A stretch of DNA of 64,000 nucleotides, taken from the human T2T-CHM13v2.0 reference genome, Homo sapiens. The DNA is taken from NCBI RefSeq assembly GCF_009914755.1, contig NC_060942.1; one strand, 5' to 3'. The notes beneath the pieces are model-generated. The model did no database searches. It saw only the letters and a list, made by a program, of their open reading frames with translations, and had not been told where the DNA came from. The translations under genes and the position numbers were made by a program. Shown one piece after another: positions 12,171 to 26,401 of this stretch (position 1 is its first letter; each line of letters opens with the position of its first letter).

Positions 12171-13976
12171 TGACATTGCCGCCACCCTGGGAGACAGGCA
12201 CCAGGCCATGGACTCCAGGTTCCTCCTGAGCACCTGGGGGCAGGTCCACCCACTCTAGACACCTGTTCCTCCCTGTGAGAAAAGCAGATTCAAATGTTTA
12301 TTGCTCTGTCGGAGCCGAGTGGATGGAGCCTTCACTGAGAATGACACGGGCCGAGCCGTTTCCCGCGTCCTGGGTGGATGGAGCCGTAGATGGGTCGCTG
12401 CCTGTCCTTGTGAGAAGATGGCTGGAGCATCCACCAACATGGCCGGGAAGGGTCCCGGGTCAGGGTTGAGTCTGGGTCGGCCCCTCCCCTGCAGATGACC
12501 TCTGGCTTGCCCTGGGTCCCTGGAACCTGGAACCCACACCCCAGGCTCACAAACGCCGTGACATAAACGAGGTCAGGGCCTGGGTTATGTCGGGAAAGCC
12601 TCACGCAGGCTGAAGACCTGAATTGTGAGGTGGAACTCTGAGTCCCCGAGACTCCAGCTCCATGGAAATGCGGGGGTGTACCTGGGGACCGTCTCGATGG
12701 GGACAGCGGGAGAGGGAGCCCAGACCCCAACAAGCTCCATGGAAATGCGAGGAGCCATCTTGATGGGGACAGCGGGAGAGGGAAGGCAGGCTAGGGTGAA
12801 TGTGGGTAGTCCTTGTTTAGTATTAATATATATTTTGTCTAATTTCACAACCCCTAAGAGAATCGGGCACCTCAGCAGCCACCCTGGGGCTCAGTCGCTG
12901 GCTTAGAAAGCAGGCAAGCGTGACCTGGAGTTCGGGGGCGGAGAAGAATAGGAAGCACAGGGCGCCCCAACAAGGGACGATCCCAGCACCTGGAGAAGGA
13001 GCAGAGACGAGAGACAGAAACAACACGAACCCCAGGTCAAGTCGGTGCCGTGCGTGCCAAGTGTCCTCAGCGGGTGGAAAGTGTCGCTGTGTCTTTGATA
13101 GTTTACACAACAGGGAGAGAGCGAAAAGCTGGGGTTGGAGGAAACAGGAGAGAAGTAAGGCTGTGTGGCGGGGACAAGACTCAGACACACCCCTGACTAT
13201 CTGTAAATGGGCCGATCGGACACAAGGCCAGGGACCTCCTGGCCAGCCCCGAGCCCCGTGAGGTGCCTGTGGCAGGACGTGGGTATGGCAGGTGACAGAA
13301 GCCCTGCCGGGTCCACTTTCCAGCCTCCCCGGCTTCCCTTCTGCGTTCCGCTGGCCTGGCCGCCACCTCCAGGGACAACAAGCCTGGCATGGGGTGCAGA
13401 TTTAGTCTCCAGCCCTCTGCGAACCAAGCAGTGGTGGATCGCAGAGCTGCGTGCGGGGAGAGGGGGAGACAGGCCAGCGTCTGGGATGTCCTCGTGGGGC
13501 CGGGGACTCAGCCCCGGCCCCTGGGCACCCAGCCATGTTTGAGAGGCTTCCCTCCGCCTGACCAGAATCAGAGCTGTGGGTCCATGAATTGAGTCACTTC
13601 AAGGTCTTGCTGCTTCACATGAACAGCTGTGCAGAGGCAGCCAGAGACAGCCCGGGGCTCCTCACGCCCAGTGATGCTGACGACGGCCTGCCCGTGAGGA
13701 CATAGAACTTTTTCTGTGCGTAGTGGTTTTTCATTTGTTTTGATTTTGTTTTCCAGGAATGTGGAGTTAAAAGGCAATAAGAGAATAGTGTCCAGTTGCA
13801 GAGTCTAGGTAGGGGGTCCACAGTGTCCGTGTTTGCATCCCTGAGGGGTCTGAGGAGGGCAGTTCACGCTGGAGCCTCCTCTGTGGCAGCCTCTGCTCAG
13901 CCGCAGGAACCTAAAGGTCACGCACAGCCCACATCCTGTGCGTCTCAAAGAAGTCAAGCCTCAAAATGAAAAATGA

Positions 13977-14602
<626 letters not shown>

Positions 14603-14859
14603 TTAGGATTTCTTTGCTTTCCAGTCCTTTCTACTCCCAAGTTTTGTTTCAGAAGTGCTTGACCCATAAATAAATTCCAACAATGAGGTCGTCTTTGTTT
14701 CTCCTGAATATTGGGCTTTCCCCTCAGACTTCTCGAGCATGGCCGAGCCACAGAGGTTCAGTTTTTAAACAGTGGTTTTCTGTATCTTGCATTATTTTAA
14801 ATGTAGATTTGAAAAAATGCCACAGAGCTCCGTGTGGCTCCTTTTCTAATGTGATCTCC

Positions 14860-16690
14860 ACGCATTCCGCATCGTGGAGAAGGGCCGTGAGGAGGCTCCG
14901 CTGGGGGCGGACTCGCGGTGGATTACGCGTCAGCGAGGGCCGCCCCGTGCCACGCGCTCGCGCGCTGAGAGCGTTTGTGGGGCCTGTGTCTTCCGAAACG
15001 GAGGCGCTCGGGGCCCGCTGCGGTGCCCGCGGGTCTGTGCCGCTGAAGTGGGCACCCCTCCTCCAGCCTCGTGAGGACAGCGGCCGTCCCTCGGCGCGGG
15101 GCTGGTCTGCCACGGGCGCCTCCCCGTGTCCCCTGGGCCGCCGCACGGCCTCTGCCACGGTCGGCCCTTTCAGTCCCTCAGAAGCACTTGGGTTTAAAGT
15201 CTCCATGTCATTAAAACAACGAGCAGGTAGACGAGGCGGCCGGAGCGTGTCCGCCGCAGTCTGGGCTGTGAACGGGCCCCTCGCCCGCCCCTCCTGAGCC
15301 GGAGCTGCTCCGGAGGACGAGAAGCTCCCTTCGTGGAAAGTCTTACTAACCTGGCCCGGCGCCCAGGTCTGAGGCCTTCCCCCCGGCTGAGGATGATTGA
15401 AAGAGCCTGTGTGCCGCCATCCAACGTCGTTACCGTCGCAGACGGCGGCTACCGCGTGATGGATGGAGCAGCGGACTCAGCCGTGCAAATCATTCATCGG
15501 GGTCAGTGCCTGGTGCCGTGGGACCGCGGCGTGGGGGTTTCAAGGCGTAAAAATCGCACCGCACGCCACCCGGAGACGGAGCCTGCTGTCGGCAGGGCGG
15601 GCCGGGCTGCGGGGCCGGGTGCTCCGGAGGCCGCTGAAGAGGCAGCTCCCCAACGCCAAGAGCCCGTCCAGCCCCAGGCCCGGAGCTGCTTCCTCAGGGA
15701 GCCCACCCTGTGACGTGCCCGAGGTGAGGCGGCCACCAGAGGCCGCGTCCAAACCTGTGCGCCAGGCAGCGTGTGGCTGAGGCTCAGACGTCGACTCACG
15801 CGTTTCAGTTCCTCTCGAGAAAACTCGCTGCCACCTGGTCTCAGCCAGCGACCGCGAGGGACAGTGAGAAAGGCGAGAGCGGGCACACGCCCCCCATCAA
15901 CCTGGTGTGGCCGGGGGAAGGCGAGAGCGGGCACACGCCCCCCATGAACCTGGTACCGCCGGGGGAAGGCGAGAGCGGGCACACGCCCCCCATGAACCTG
16001 GTACGGCCGGGGGAAGGCGAGAGCGGGCACACGCCCCCCATCGACCTGGTACCGCCGGGGGAAGGCGAGAGCGGGCACACGCCCCCCATCGACCTGGTAC
16101 CGCCGGGGGAAGGCGAGAGCGGGCACACGCCCCCCATCGACCTGGTACCGCCGGGGGAAGGCGAGAGCGGGCACACGCCCCCCATGAACCTGGTGCGGCC
16201 GGGGGAAGGCGAGAGCGGGCACACGCCCCCCATGAACCTGGTACCGCCGGGGGAAGGCGAGAGCGGGCACACGCCCCCCATCGACCTGGTACCGCCGGGG
16301 GAAGGCGAGAGTGGGCACACGCCCCCCATCGACCTGGTACCGCCGGGGGAAGGCGAGAGCGGGCACACGCCCCCCATGAACCTGGTACCGCCGGGGGAAG
16401 GCGAGAGCGGGCACACGCCCCCCATCGACCTGGTACCGCCGGGGGAAGGCGAGAGCGGGCACATGCCCCCCATCGACCTGGTACCGCCGGGGGAAGGCGA
16501 GAGCGGGCACACGCCCCCCATGAACCTGGTGCGGCCGGGGGAAGGCGAGAGCGGGCACACGCCCCCCATGAACCTGGTACCGCCGGGGGAAAGCGAGAGC
16601 GGGCACACGCCCCCCATCAACCTGGTACGGCCGGGGGAAGGCGAGAGCGGGCACACGCCCCCCATCAACCTGGTGCGGCCGGGTGAGCAT
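14860..16690. promoter_or_regulatory. Intragenic CpG island (unique part plus VNTR)
   Basis: Very high GC and dense CpG by inspection, with many CGCG and CCGG sites. Activity is unknown. Confidence 0.7.
15868..16684. repeat. 48-bp CpG-rich minisatellite, about 17 copies
   Basis: GAAGGCGAGAGCGGGCACACGCCCCCCAT(CG/GA)ACCTGGT(ACC/GCG)GCCGGGG; 16-aa periodicity in the ORF track. Confidence 0.97.
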
Positions 16691-17404
16691 GGAGCCCATG
16701 GCTGGAGAACCCTGGGGCAGCTGCAGTGGCAAGTCTGCCCCTTGAGGAAATGGGGGCAAGGATGGCACTGAGACGGGTGCTGAACAAGGCTCTCTAAAAA
16801 TAGGGGCTGCATGGGCTGTGCACATCCCGTGTGGGTGCTGTTGCAGGTCTCCCGCCGTGGCGTGCAGGCTGTGAGGCCACAGTGCCTCCGTCCTTCCCTG
16901 AGGTGGGCACGGGAGAAAGGAGAGGTGCCCGCTCCTGTGAGCTGCCCACGGGCTGCTCCTTGGGGCCTGTGAGGTTCTGGGCACTTTTTTAAATTGCCTG
17001 AAGATATTCACTGTGGACACAGAATATTTTGAATTCTATGCTGTTTCTAGTTGAAATATCAGTCTACAGTCCAATTTTGTGTACTTGGAAGGGAAATTTG
17101 GGGGTATCATTTTCAGCTATTCATCTTCTGCCTTTGACTCCTTAAAAGTGGGTCTTAGCTTGTTTCGGCGTTAAGTGGAGAGCTGTCTAAAATTAGTAAC
17201 TGGAGAGAGAGACATAGGGACGAGGTGGAAGGAAGCAAGAGGGAAGAGCTGGAGAGATTTCACAGAGCTTGGGCAATGAGCACTGTTTAGATCTATTTTG
17301 TGCCGAAGAAAATTCACGGCCAGTGGCAGCAAAGAGAGACCAAGCCCTGATGTTCAGCCGCGACTGCGCGTCTGGGCAGTGTGGGGCGTGTGTGCGATGC
17401 CTTT

Positions 17405-17765
17405 GTCATCTTGTGTAGGCAAGCCGTGAACAGTGGTAAGGCGTTCGCGAGTCATTGTAACGTAGGCAGGCCGTGAACAGTACTAAGGCGTTCATGGGTG
17501 TGTCACTGTAACACAGGCAAGCTGTGAACCGTAGTAAGGTGTCCGCAAGTGTCACTGTAACACAGGCAAGCCGTGAACAGTAGTAAGGCGCCCGCGGGTG
17601 TGTCGCTGTGACGCGGGCAAGCCGTGAACAGTAGTAAGGCGTCCGCAAGTGTCACTGTAACGCAGGCAAGCCGTGAACAGTAGTAAGGCGTCCGCGGGTG
17701 TGTCGCTGTGACGCGGGTAAGCCGTGAACAGTAGTAAGGCATTCGCAAGTGTGTCATTGTAACGC
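17405..17765. repeat. 49/51-bp minisatellite, about 7 copies
   Basis: GGCAAGCCGTGAACAGTAGTAAGGCG core; units start at about 17405, 17451, 17502, 17551, 17602, 17651 and 17702. Confidence 0.92.
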
Positions 17766-18549
17766 TGTGTTTTTCTGGTGTAGATGCACTCTGTTTTCCT
17801 CCTACAGATGATTTCAAACTTTACAGAAACATTTTAAGTGGCATTGTCTCCATTTCAAATCAAGTTGCCTAGCTTCCTCCTACCGCCATACGTTTTCTCT
17901 TCCTAATGTGTAGACATTTCAAAGAGCTTCCTTATTTGAGAACGAGTGTTCTTTACAGACACGCTTAGATCTGTGAGCCAGCATGTCGCACTGATGTGCT
18001 GGGGTACCGGAGCGTGAAGCCATGAGCGAGGTATTTAAAAAGCATAACAGCCACATTCAGCGCCCAGAGGCCGATCGCCCGTCAGAGGGAGAGAGGTGGC
18101 CGGGGCAGTGGAGGGCTCTGCCCATGTCTGTCAGACAGCCATGTTCTTGCCAGGGCAGCCAGGGCCGGGCCACTCAAGCTGGGTGCTTGGCTCTCCCTGA
18201 GCTCGAGCACGGGCACGTTCAGGTGATCTTCCTGATAGCAAAGTGCGTTTCTGCGCATGGACTCCTGAGGAGCAGCGAGGAGCTGACTCACACATTCTGC
18301 CAAGCCCAGGCTAGAAAGAGGGGACAGTCGGAACCGTAGTGTTTTCTTCCTGTCAATGCTGAGAGACTCACTCCTGAGGTCGCACATCCTTGCCAGCAAA
18401 CGGAAGACCCAGATCACAGTCCTAGGCTCGTCCTGGACGTGTAGCCTTTGTACGTTCCATAGTGACCTTTTGTACATTTTCTCCTGTGCGTGTTCAGCCT
18501 TAGAATGGCACTGTGGGCAGGCAGAACTGCCGGTGCTCACCACCCCCCT

Positions 18550-18642
18550 TTCCCGGGGGGAAACTGAGGCTCAGAGAGATGCCGCTGGACTTGCTCCAAG
18601 TCAGTCAATGAGGCAGAACCAGGAGCGCCCCAACCCCAGCGC
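18550..18642 (+). mobile_element. MIR fragment
   Basis: GGAAACTGAGGCTCAGAGAG...GACTTGCTCCAAGTCA resembles the MIR core. Confidence 0.65.
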
Positions 18643-21600
18643 CAAGGCCCGCATGCTCTCGCGGGTCCCAGCTCTACCGTTGAGTATTTTCTTCCCACTA
18701 GAGAGATGTGATGAGCAAAGATTTCCGCTCAGAACTCCTAACATCCAAGTATGAGTTGGCTTTGCAAGCCGAAGGGGAGCATGGTGTCTGTTTTTCTTCA
18801 GAGAATTTCTGACTGTTTGCTAAGGCACGTTTCCATAAGAAGGACTGGAGAGAAGCAGGCCTTCTAAACTGCTGGAGAGCATCTTGAATCAGCTCTCCCC
18901 CAAAGCAACAAAAATACAGCATCACTGTCAAATCAACCACCAAATCTGGCAGTCAGCCAAGAGGACAGAACAAACACAGATGCATTCACTCAAGGAAGAG
19001 CGGCCCCAGGGGGAAGAACAGGATGGCAGCGTCTTCACTTGGGGCCGCTCCAGCCCCGAGGCGCACAGCCGTGGAAAGCCGGTGACAGCACAGACCGTGG
19101 AGGAGCTGGGCTCTGTTGAAAACCCCATCCCAGGATGCAGTCCGCATTTGGACTGGTCATGGAGCTCCTGGAAAAGGCCCGTTCCGAGGCACAATCACCG
19201 TTGGCTGCAGTCGTGATCATGGGAGCTGCCCCAAGGCTGCGATCGACATTGGAGCAAACAAGAGCCTGGCCAGACCAGGTGACCCCGGGGACTTTGAAAA
19301 ACCTTGGAGATTCCCGGGCACATACGAAAATGGATGTGTGAAGGCTTCGGTACAGAGAGGGCCCCAGCCACTCTTCTCTGGCTGACCTCAAAACCCCACC
19401 AAGCAGAAGTGAGAGGTAAAGCTGCCTGTGGCTGGGAGGCAGGTCCTGACACACAGGTTTTGTGATTAGAGGGAGGAGACTGGCTTCGTGGCTCAAGGAT
19501 TTAAGGAAACTTCCTGTCTGGTAACAGCAGACCATTAAACTCTGCTAACCAGAGGGTGATCCCTAGGCAGCCTGGCTTAAAGACAGAAACAAGATTTAAA
19601 AACAGAGAGAACAGAAAACTCAGTGTCCACATTCTGCAAGGAATACAGCATCTAGATAATTAGTCCAGGAAAGTCATGAGTCACATAAGCAACAACCAAG
19701 GAGAGGGGAAGCCGAGAAACAACAAGTCCTATTTGGAGGGGGATGGGGGGGGGGGAATCTCATTTCAGAGTCGCTACAATGCATTAGTTGTCATCTCCAG
19801 TTGTAAACCAAAAAATTATAGTACATGCAAGAAAACATGAAAATATGTCCCATCCACAGGAAGAAAAATCTGTAGCCCCTGAGAGGGCTCAGGTATTAGA
19901 CCAGCAAAGGCTTTAAATCAGCTGCAATAAATATGCTCAAAGAACTGAAAGAAATTGTATTTAAAAAATTACAGGGGAGTGTGGCAAATATATCTTACCA
20001 GATAGAGAATATCCATAATGAGATTTTTAAAAAAAAAAAAGAAGCCAAATAGAAATTACACAGTTGAAAAGTAAATGAAAAATGCATTAGAGAGGCTGAA
20101 CAACAGATTTGAGCTGGCAGAGAAAAAGAATCAAACGTAAAAATCAACAGATTATTTAGACTGAGGAACAGAAAGAAGAAAGAATCAATAAAAATGAACA
20201 AAGCCTCAGAGCATGTGAGATGCTGTAAACACATATACACATGCATAATGAGTTATAGAAAGAGATGATTAGAAGAAATACGTGAAGAAATAATGGCCCC
20301 AAACTTCCTAAATTTGATGGAAAACATTATTCAGTGCATCCAAATGGTTCACAAAATTCAAATGGGATAAATTAAAAGCAGCTCACACACAGACATAAAC
20401 CAAACTGTTGAAAGTCAAAGGGAGAGACAATCCCGAAAGCAGTGAGAGGAAAACAGCTTCTCAGTACGTGGGATGCTCAGCAGGATTAACAGCCAGCTGC
20501 TTATTGTGAATCGTGGATGTCGGAGGACAGTGGGACGGCGCATTCAAAATGCTGAAAGAAAACCACTGTCAACCAAGAATTCTATATCTAGTAAAACTCA
20601 TCTTTAGAGATGAAGAAACAAAGCTGTGCTCAGATAAACAAGACACACAGAATTTGTTGCCAACAGACCTGACCTACAGGACATATTAAAGGGAGTCCTT
20701 CAGGCTGAGGTAAGAAGCACTGGTGAGAGTAATTACATAGGTGAATTAAAAAGACAGCACAAACATGTTTTAAACTTTTCTTCTCTGAACTGATGTAAAA
20801 GGAAACTGCATAAGACACGATTGCAAACCTGTGCTGATAACAATGTGCTTATAACAATTTGTGTGACAGTAGCACAAAGGAAGGGGTGGGGAAGGAAGTT
20901 ACAGCAAAGCAAAGTCTTTACATATTATTAGAACTCAGTATTCATCTGAAATAGACTGTTTTGACTAAGATGCTTGTTGTAATCTCCAGAGGAACCACTA
21001 AGAAAATATATATGTGTGTGAGTGTGTCACACACACACATAAAATGTCAAAAAATGCACTTAAATGATACACTAGAAAATATGTGTGTAACACAAAATAA
21101 GCCAGTAATGAAGGAACATAGAAACAATGACAACAGCAAAAGTTACACAAGACATGTAGAGAACAAATAGCAAAATGGAAAACATAATCCTACCGTATCA
21201 ATAATCACATTAAATGTCAGTGGAATAAACACCCCAATAAAAAGGTAGATGTTGTCAGACTGGATGTTAAAGACAGAATGAAACAGGGTACAACCATATG
21301 CTGTCTAAAAAATACATATTTTAGATTTAAAGACACAAATAGGTTGAAAGTAAAATGATAAAGAGATACTGTGCAATAGTAATCAAAAGAGATATGGAGA
21401 TAATGGAAAAAATACATACTTCAGATTTAAAGACACAAATAGGTTGAAAGTGAAAGGATGAAAAAGATAGGCAGAGTTAATGTAGAAATTTGGAGTAGCT
21501 ACACTAATATCAGACAAATTAAACTCTAAGATAAAAATATTACTAGAAACAATGAACTGTCAGTAGTCATGTTCTCTTTGATCTTAAACCTGATACATTG

Positions 21601-24600
21601 AACAGGAAGATATAAACACATTTGCACATAACAGAGCCCCATAATACATGAAACAAGAACTGACAGAATTAAAGGGAGAAATACATAGTTGAAAAATAAT
21701 AGCTGGAGACCAGTATATCACTCTTAATGGATAGAACAACTAGACAGAAAATCAAAAGGATATAAAACACTTAAGACTATCAACCAACTTTACAAGACAT
21801 CTGTAGGACACTCTACAGAGTGCACATAGGATAGACTTCCTACTATGCCATAAAACAAGCCTTAATAAATTTCAAAATATTCTGATTGCAATGGATATCA
21901 ATTGAAAATCAACAACAGATATTTCCACAAATATTTGGAAACTAAACAACACATTTCTAAATAATTAATGAGTGAAGTTAGAAAGTATAAGGGAAATTGG
22001 AAAATATTTTGAACTAAATGCAAATGAAAACACAACATATCAAAATTTGTGGGATGCAGGTAAGGCAGTGCTTAGAGGGAAATTTATAGCTTTAAATGCC
22101 TATATGAGGAATAAGATGGATTTCAAATCAATAATCTAAGCTTTTTCCTTAAAAATGTTGAAAAAGGAGAGAAAAAACCCAAGGCAAGTGGAAAAAAGGA
22201 AATGCTGAGGATGAGAAGAAAAAGCAATGAAATAGAAACATGAGAAAAATCAATAAAACCAAAGTTAGTTATTTGAAAAAACAACAAAATTGACAAAACT
22301 TTAATGAGTTTTTCTAACAAGAAAAATTAGGAATGAAAGAGGGGACATTGCTACTGACCCTGCAAAAATCAAAAGGTTATAAGGGAATACTATAACCTTA
22401 TGCCAACAGATTAAACAACCTGGATGAAATGGAAACATTCTTAGACACGAATTACCTAAACTGACTCAGGAAGAAACAGAAAAGTATAATAGACCTATAG
22501 CAGGGAAATAAAAGAAATTAATAATTTAACATATTCTCACAAAGAAAAGCCCAGACCCAGAGAGCTTTACTGGTTAATTTTATTAAACATTACAAGAATA
22601 ATACCAGTGCCAATACTCCACAAACTCTTCAGAAAATGAAGAAGGAACACTTCTAATACTGAAGCCAGTATAGCCCTAATACCAAAATCAAAAGTATCGT
22701 AAGAAAAACTATAGAAAAATATTCTTTATGAACACAGGAGCAAAAATCCACAACAAAATATTATCAAACTGAATCCAACAACATAAAAAAAAGATTTTAC
22801 ACCATGACCAAGTGGGATTTATCCCAGTAATGCAAGGTTGGTTTAGCATCAGAAAATGAAGTCATGTGATGTACCATATTAATAGAAAAAGGACAGAAAC
22901 CACGTGATCATTTCAATAAATGCAAGAAAAAAAGCATTTAACAAAATCCAACACCAACTTATGATAAAATCTCTTGACAAACTTAGAACACAAGGGAACT
23001 TCTTAACCTGATCAAAGTCATACACAGAAAAAAAAACAGTGATCATCACACTGAATCGTCCAAGACGGAGGACCTTCTTTTCCCCTAGGATGAGGAAGGA
23101 TGCAGAGGTGGCCACTTTCACTGCTGCTACTCAGCCTTGTACTGGAGGTTCTAGCCAGTGTAGCCAGGTAAGAAACAGAAATAAAAGGCAACCGGAATGG
23201 ACAGGAAAAAGTAAAATTGTCTTTATTGGAAGAAAACGTGATTCTATATGTAGAAAATCCTGAGAAATCTGCCTACACCCCACCCCCCCTCCCCCCGCCA
23301 AAAAGGTAAAGGAAAACCCACTGTTAAAACTACCAAACAAGTGCAGCAAGGTCATCAGATGTGAGACCAGGGTACAAATAAATTATGTCTATATGCAAGG
23401 AATAATCCAAAAATGAAATCAAGGAAAAATTCCTATCTACGATATAGCATTAAAAAGAATAAAATATGAATAACTTTAAAGAAGTTAAGGACTTATACTC
23501 TGAAAATGACAGAACGTTGCTGAGGGAAAGTTAAGATCTAAATAAATGGGAGAACATTGCATGTTAATGGAACAGAAGAATCAATATTGTGAAGATGGCA
23601 GCTTTCTCCAGATTGATCTGGAGAATCAGTGCAATCTCCATCAAAACTCCAGCAATTTTTTCTTCTAAAATTCACAAAATGATCCTAAAATCTACATGGA
23701 GTTTCAAAGACCCAGAATAGCCAAAACAATTTTGAAATCAGAGAACAAAGTTGGAGGAGTTACACTTCGCAATTTCAGAACTTTCTGTGAAGCTATAATA
23801 ATCAAGACAGTGTGGTATTGGCATAGGACACATAGATCAGTGGCGCAGAATTAAAAGCCCCAAAATAATTCTTATGTCTGCGGTAAATTGATTTTTTGAC
23901 AAAGGCACAAAGCCCATTTAATTGGAGTAAATGACAGCCTTTTTAACAAGTGGTGCTGGGACATTTGCCACATGCAAAAAAACACACACCACGCACCGAA
24001 AATGAACTTGATCTTGGACTAGTAGGAGCCAAAATAGTCAAACGTTTTTGGAGATAGCACATGAGGAACTCTTTCAAGACTTTGGATTAGGCAGAGGTTT
24101 CTTAGATATGACATCAAAAGCACAGCTCATAAAATAAAAACTTGATAAATGGAACCTCACCAAAATTTAAAATTTTTATGCTTCAAAAGTACTATTAAGA
24201 AAATGAAAAGATAAGCAATAGACTAGAGGAATGTGTTTGCAAAACAACTATCTGATAAAGGGCTTATATCCAGAATATACAAAGAACACTTACAGCTCAA
24301 TAATAAGACAGAAAGCCTAATCAAAAACTGGGCAAAGGATTTGAATAGACATTTCTCCAGACAAGACATAGGAATGGATAATAAACACATGAAAAAATAC
24401 TCCACATCACTAGTTATTAGGGAATGCACATTGTAAATTTCAATAAGATACCATTTTATATCCATTCAAGTGGCTTTAGGAGATAAGATAGACAACAGCC
24501 AATTTTAGAGACGAGGAGAAATTGGGCCCCTGAAGCCTTGCTGGCAGGAGTGTAACATGGCATTACATTCCGGCCACTTAGGCAGTTTCTTAAAGAAATT

Positions 24601-24911
24601 TCTTAGAAGAAACTTGCCATGTGACTCAGCAGTTCCACTCCTAGGTATGTATTCAAGGAAACAGATGCACACATCCACACAAAGGCTTGTACATGACTGT
24701 CCTTCACAGCGTTCTTTAGCCAAACATCTGAAACAACCACAATGCCCAGCATGTGGGGAAGAGAGAGGAAAGGTGGGGTTTATCCTCACCCGAGTGTTAT
24801 CCATCCCCAAAAGGAATGAGTACTGAGCACCCCAGGACTCAGGTGAACCTGGAAACCCTCATGCTCTGGGAAAAATCCACACACGAGACCACAGACTCAG
24901 TGGCTCCCTTG

Positions 24912-26401
24912 CATGCACACCTCAGAGACGTCGCAGGTTCAGCCTCAGACCACTGGGATACAGCCAGTATGGCAAAAGAAAGCCGCTGGAGTGTGTGGCT
25001 TCCAGGGCATATAAAAGTGACGCTCACACTGTACTGAGTCTGTTAAGTGTGCACCAGCAATGTGTCTAAAAAAACAGTGTTTGTACCTGCGTGGGGTGAC
25101 CAGGTGCATTGTCCGTGAGCAGTAATATTATTAAAGGGCTCTTTTTATGAGCAGTTAAGTCTCAATGGTGGGCTTAAAACCTTCGGTAAACCATGCTGTG
25201 AACAGAGGTGCCGTCATCCGGGCTTTGTCGCTCCATGGGTGGCGCACAGGCAGAGGAGATTCCGCGTCATTCTTAGGGGCCTTGGGATTTTCGGGGTGGC
25301 AGATGGACACTGGATTCAACTTAAAGTCACCAGCTGCATTAGCCCCTACCAAGGGGGTCAGCCTGTCCTTGGAAGCTTTGCAGCCAGACACTGAGTCCTC
25401 TCCAGCTATGGGAGTCCCAGACGGCATCTCCAATAGAAGGCTGTTTTGTCTGCACAGAAAATCTGTTGTTTAGTGTGGCCACCTTCACCAATGGTCTCAG
25501 CCAGATCTCCTGGAGAACTTGCTGCAGCTTCCCCATCAGCACTTGCTGCTTCATCTTTGCTTTTATGGTATGGAGATGGCTTCTTTCCTTCAACCTCATG
25601 AACTAGCCTCTGCTGGCTTCAAACTTTTTTTTCTGCAGCTTCCTCATCTCTCAGCCTTCGTAGGACAGAGAGAGCGAGGGTCTTGGTCTGGATTAGGCTT
25701 TGGCTTAAGGGAGTGTTGTGGCTGGTTCAATCTTCTGTCCAGATCACTCGGACTTTCTCTGTATCAGCAATAAGGCTGTTCCGCCCTCTTATCATTGGTG
25801 TTGTTCACTAGGGCAGCGGTTTTCACTTCTGTCTGTCTAGAGTTTTCCGCTGCATTCACAGTTGGACTGGCGCGGGAGGCTGAGCTGTCAGCCTGTCTCG
25901 GCTTTCGACGGGTGTTCCTCACCAAATTTAATCATTCCTAGTTTTGAAGTGAGAGACGTGTGACCTTTCCTTGCCCTTGAACTTTTACTTGAAAACTTGG
26001 AGGCTGTCGTAGGGTTCTTAATTGGCCTAATGTCAGTATGGTTGTGTCTCAGGGAATAGGGAGGCCTGAGCCCAGGGAGAGAGATAGAGAATGGCTGGTC
26101 AGTGGAGCAGTCAGGACGCACCCAGCTCTTATCCATTCACTTCATCTTAGATGGGCACAGTTCGTGGCACCCCAAAACAATGACAACAGTAACCCCAAAG
26201 ATCACAGATCTCCGCAGCAGATATGATAGCAATGAGAAAGCTTGGAACATCATGAGCATTATTGAAACGTGACACAGAGATATGAAGTGGGCACCTGCTG
26301 TTGGAAACGTGGTGCCCACAGACATGCCTGGTGCAGGGTTGCCAAAGACCTCCCGTTTGTGAAAAGCAGTGTCTGAAGCACAGTGAAGTGAGGCTTGCCT
26401 G
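24912..26401 (-). mobile_element. Tigger1 DNA transposon, internally deleted, both ends present
   Basis: Minus-strand ORFs give pogo/Tigger transposase peptides (KASKDRLT..GANAAGDFKL, MTAPLFTAWFTE..KPTIET, RLKERSHLHTIK). Degenerate TIRs CATGCACACCTC (24912) and GAGGCTTGCCTG (26390-26401). Deletion junction near 25090. Confidence 0.93.

Noticed and set aside
15503-17020. 505-aa and 332-aa repeat proteins
   Set aside because: Products of a stop-free 48-bp VNTR that is open on both strands.
17790-17810. Acceptor-like CTGTTTTCCTCCTACAG
   Set aside because: No convincing donor or coding frame follows, so an exon cannot be supported from sequence alone.
25155-25960. Domesticated TIGD-like transposase gene
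   Set aside because: Frameshifted across several short ORFs and internally deleted, so it is a fossil.
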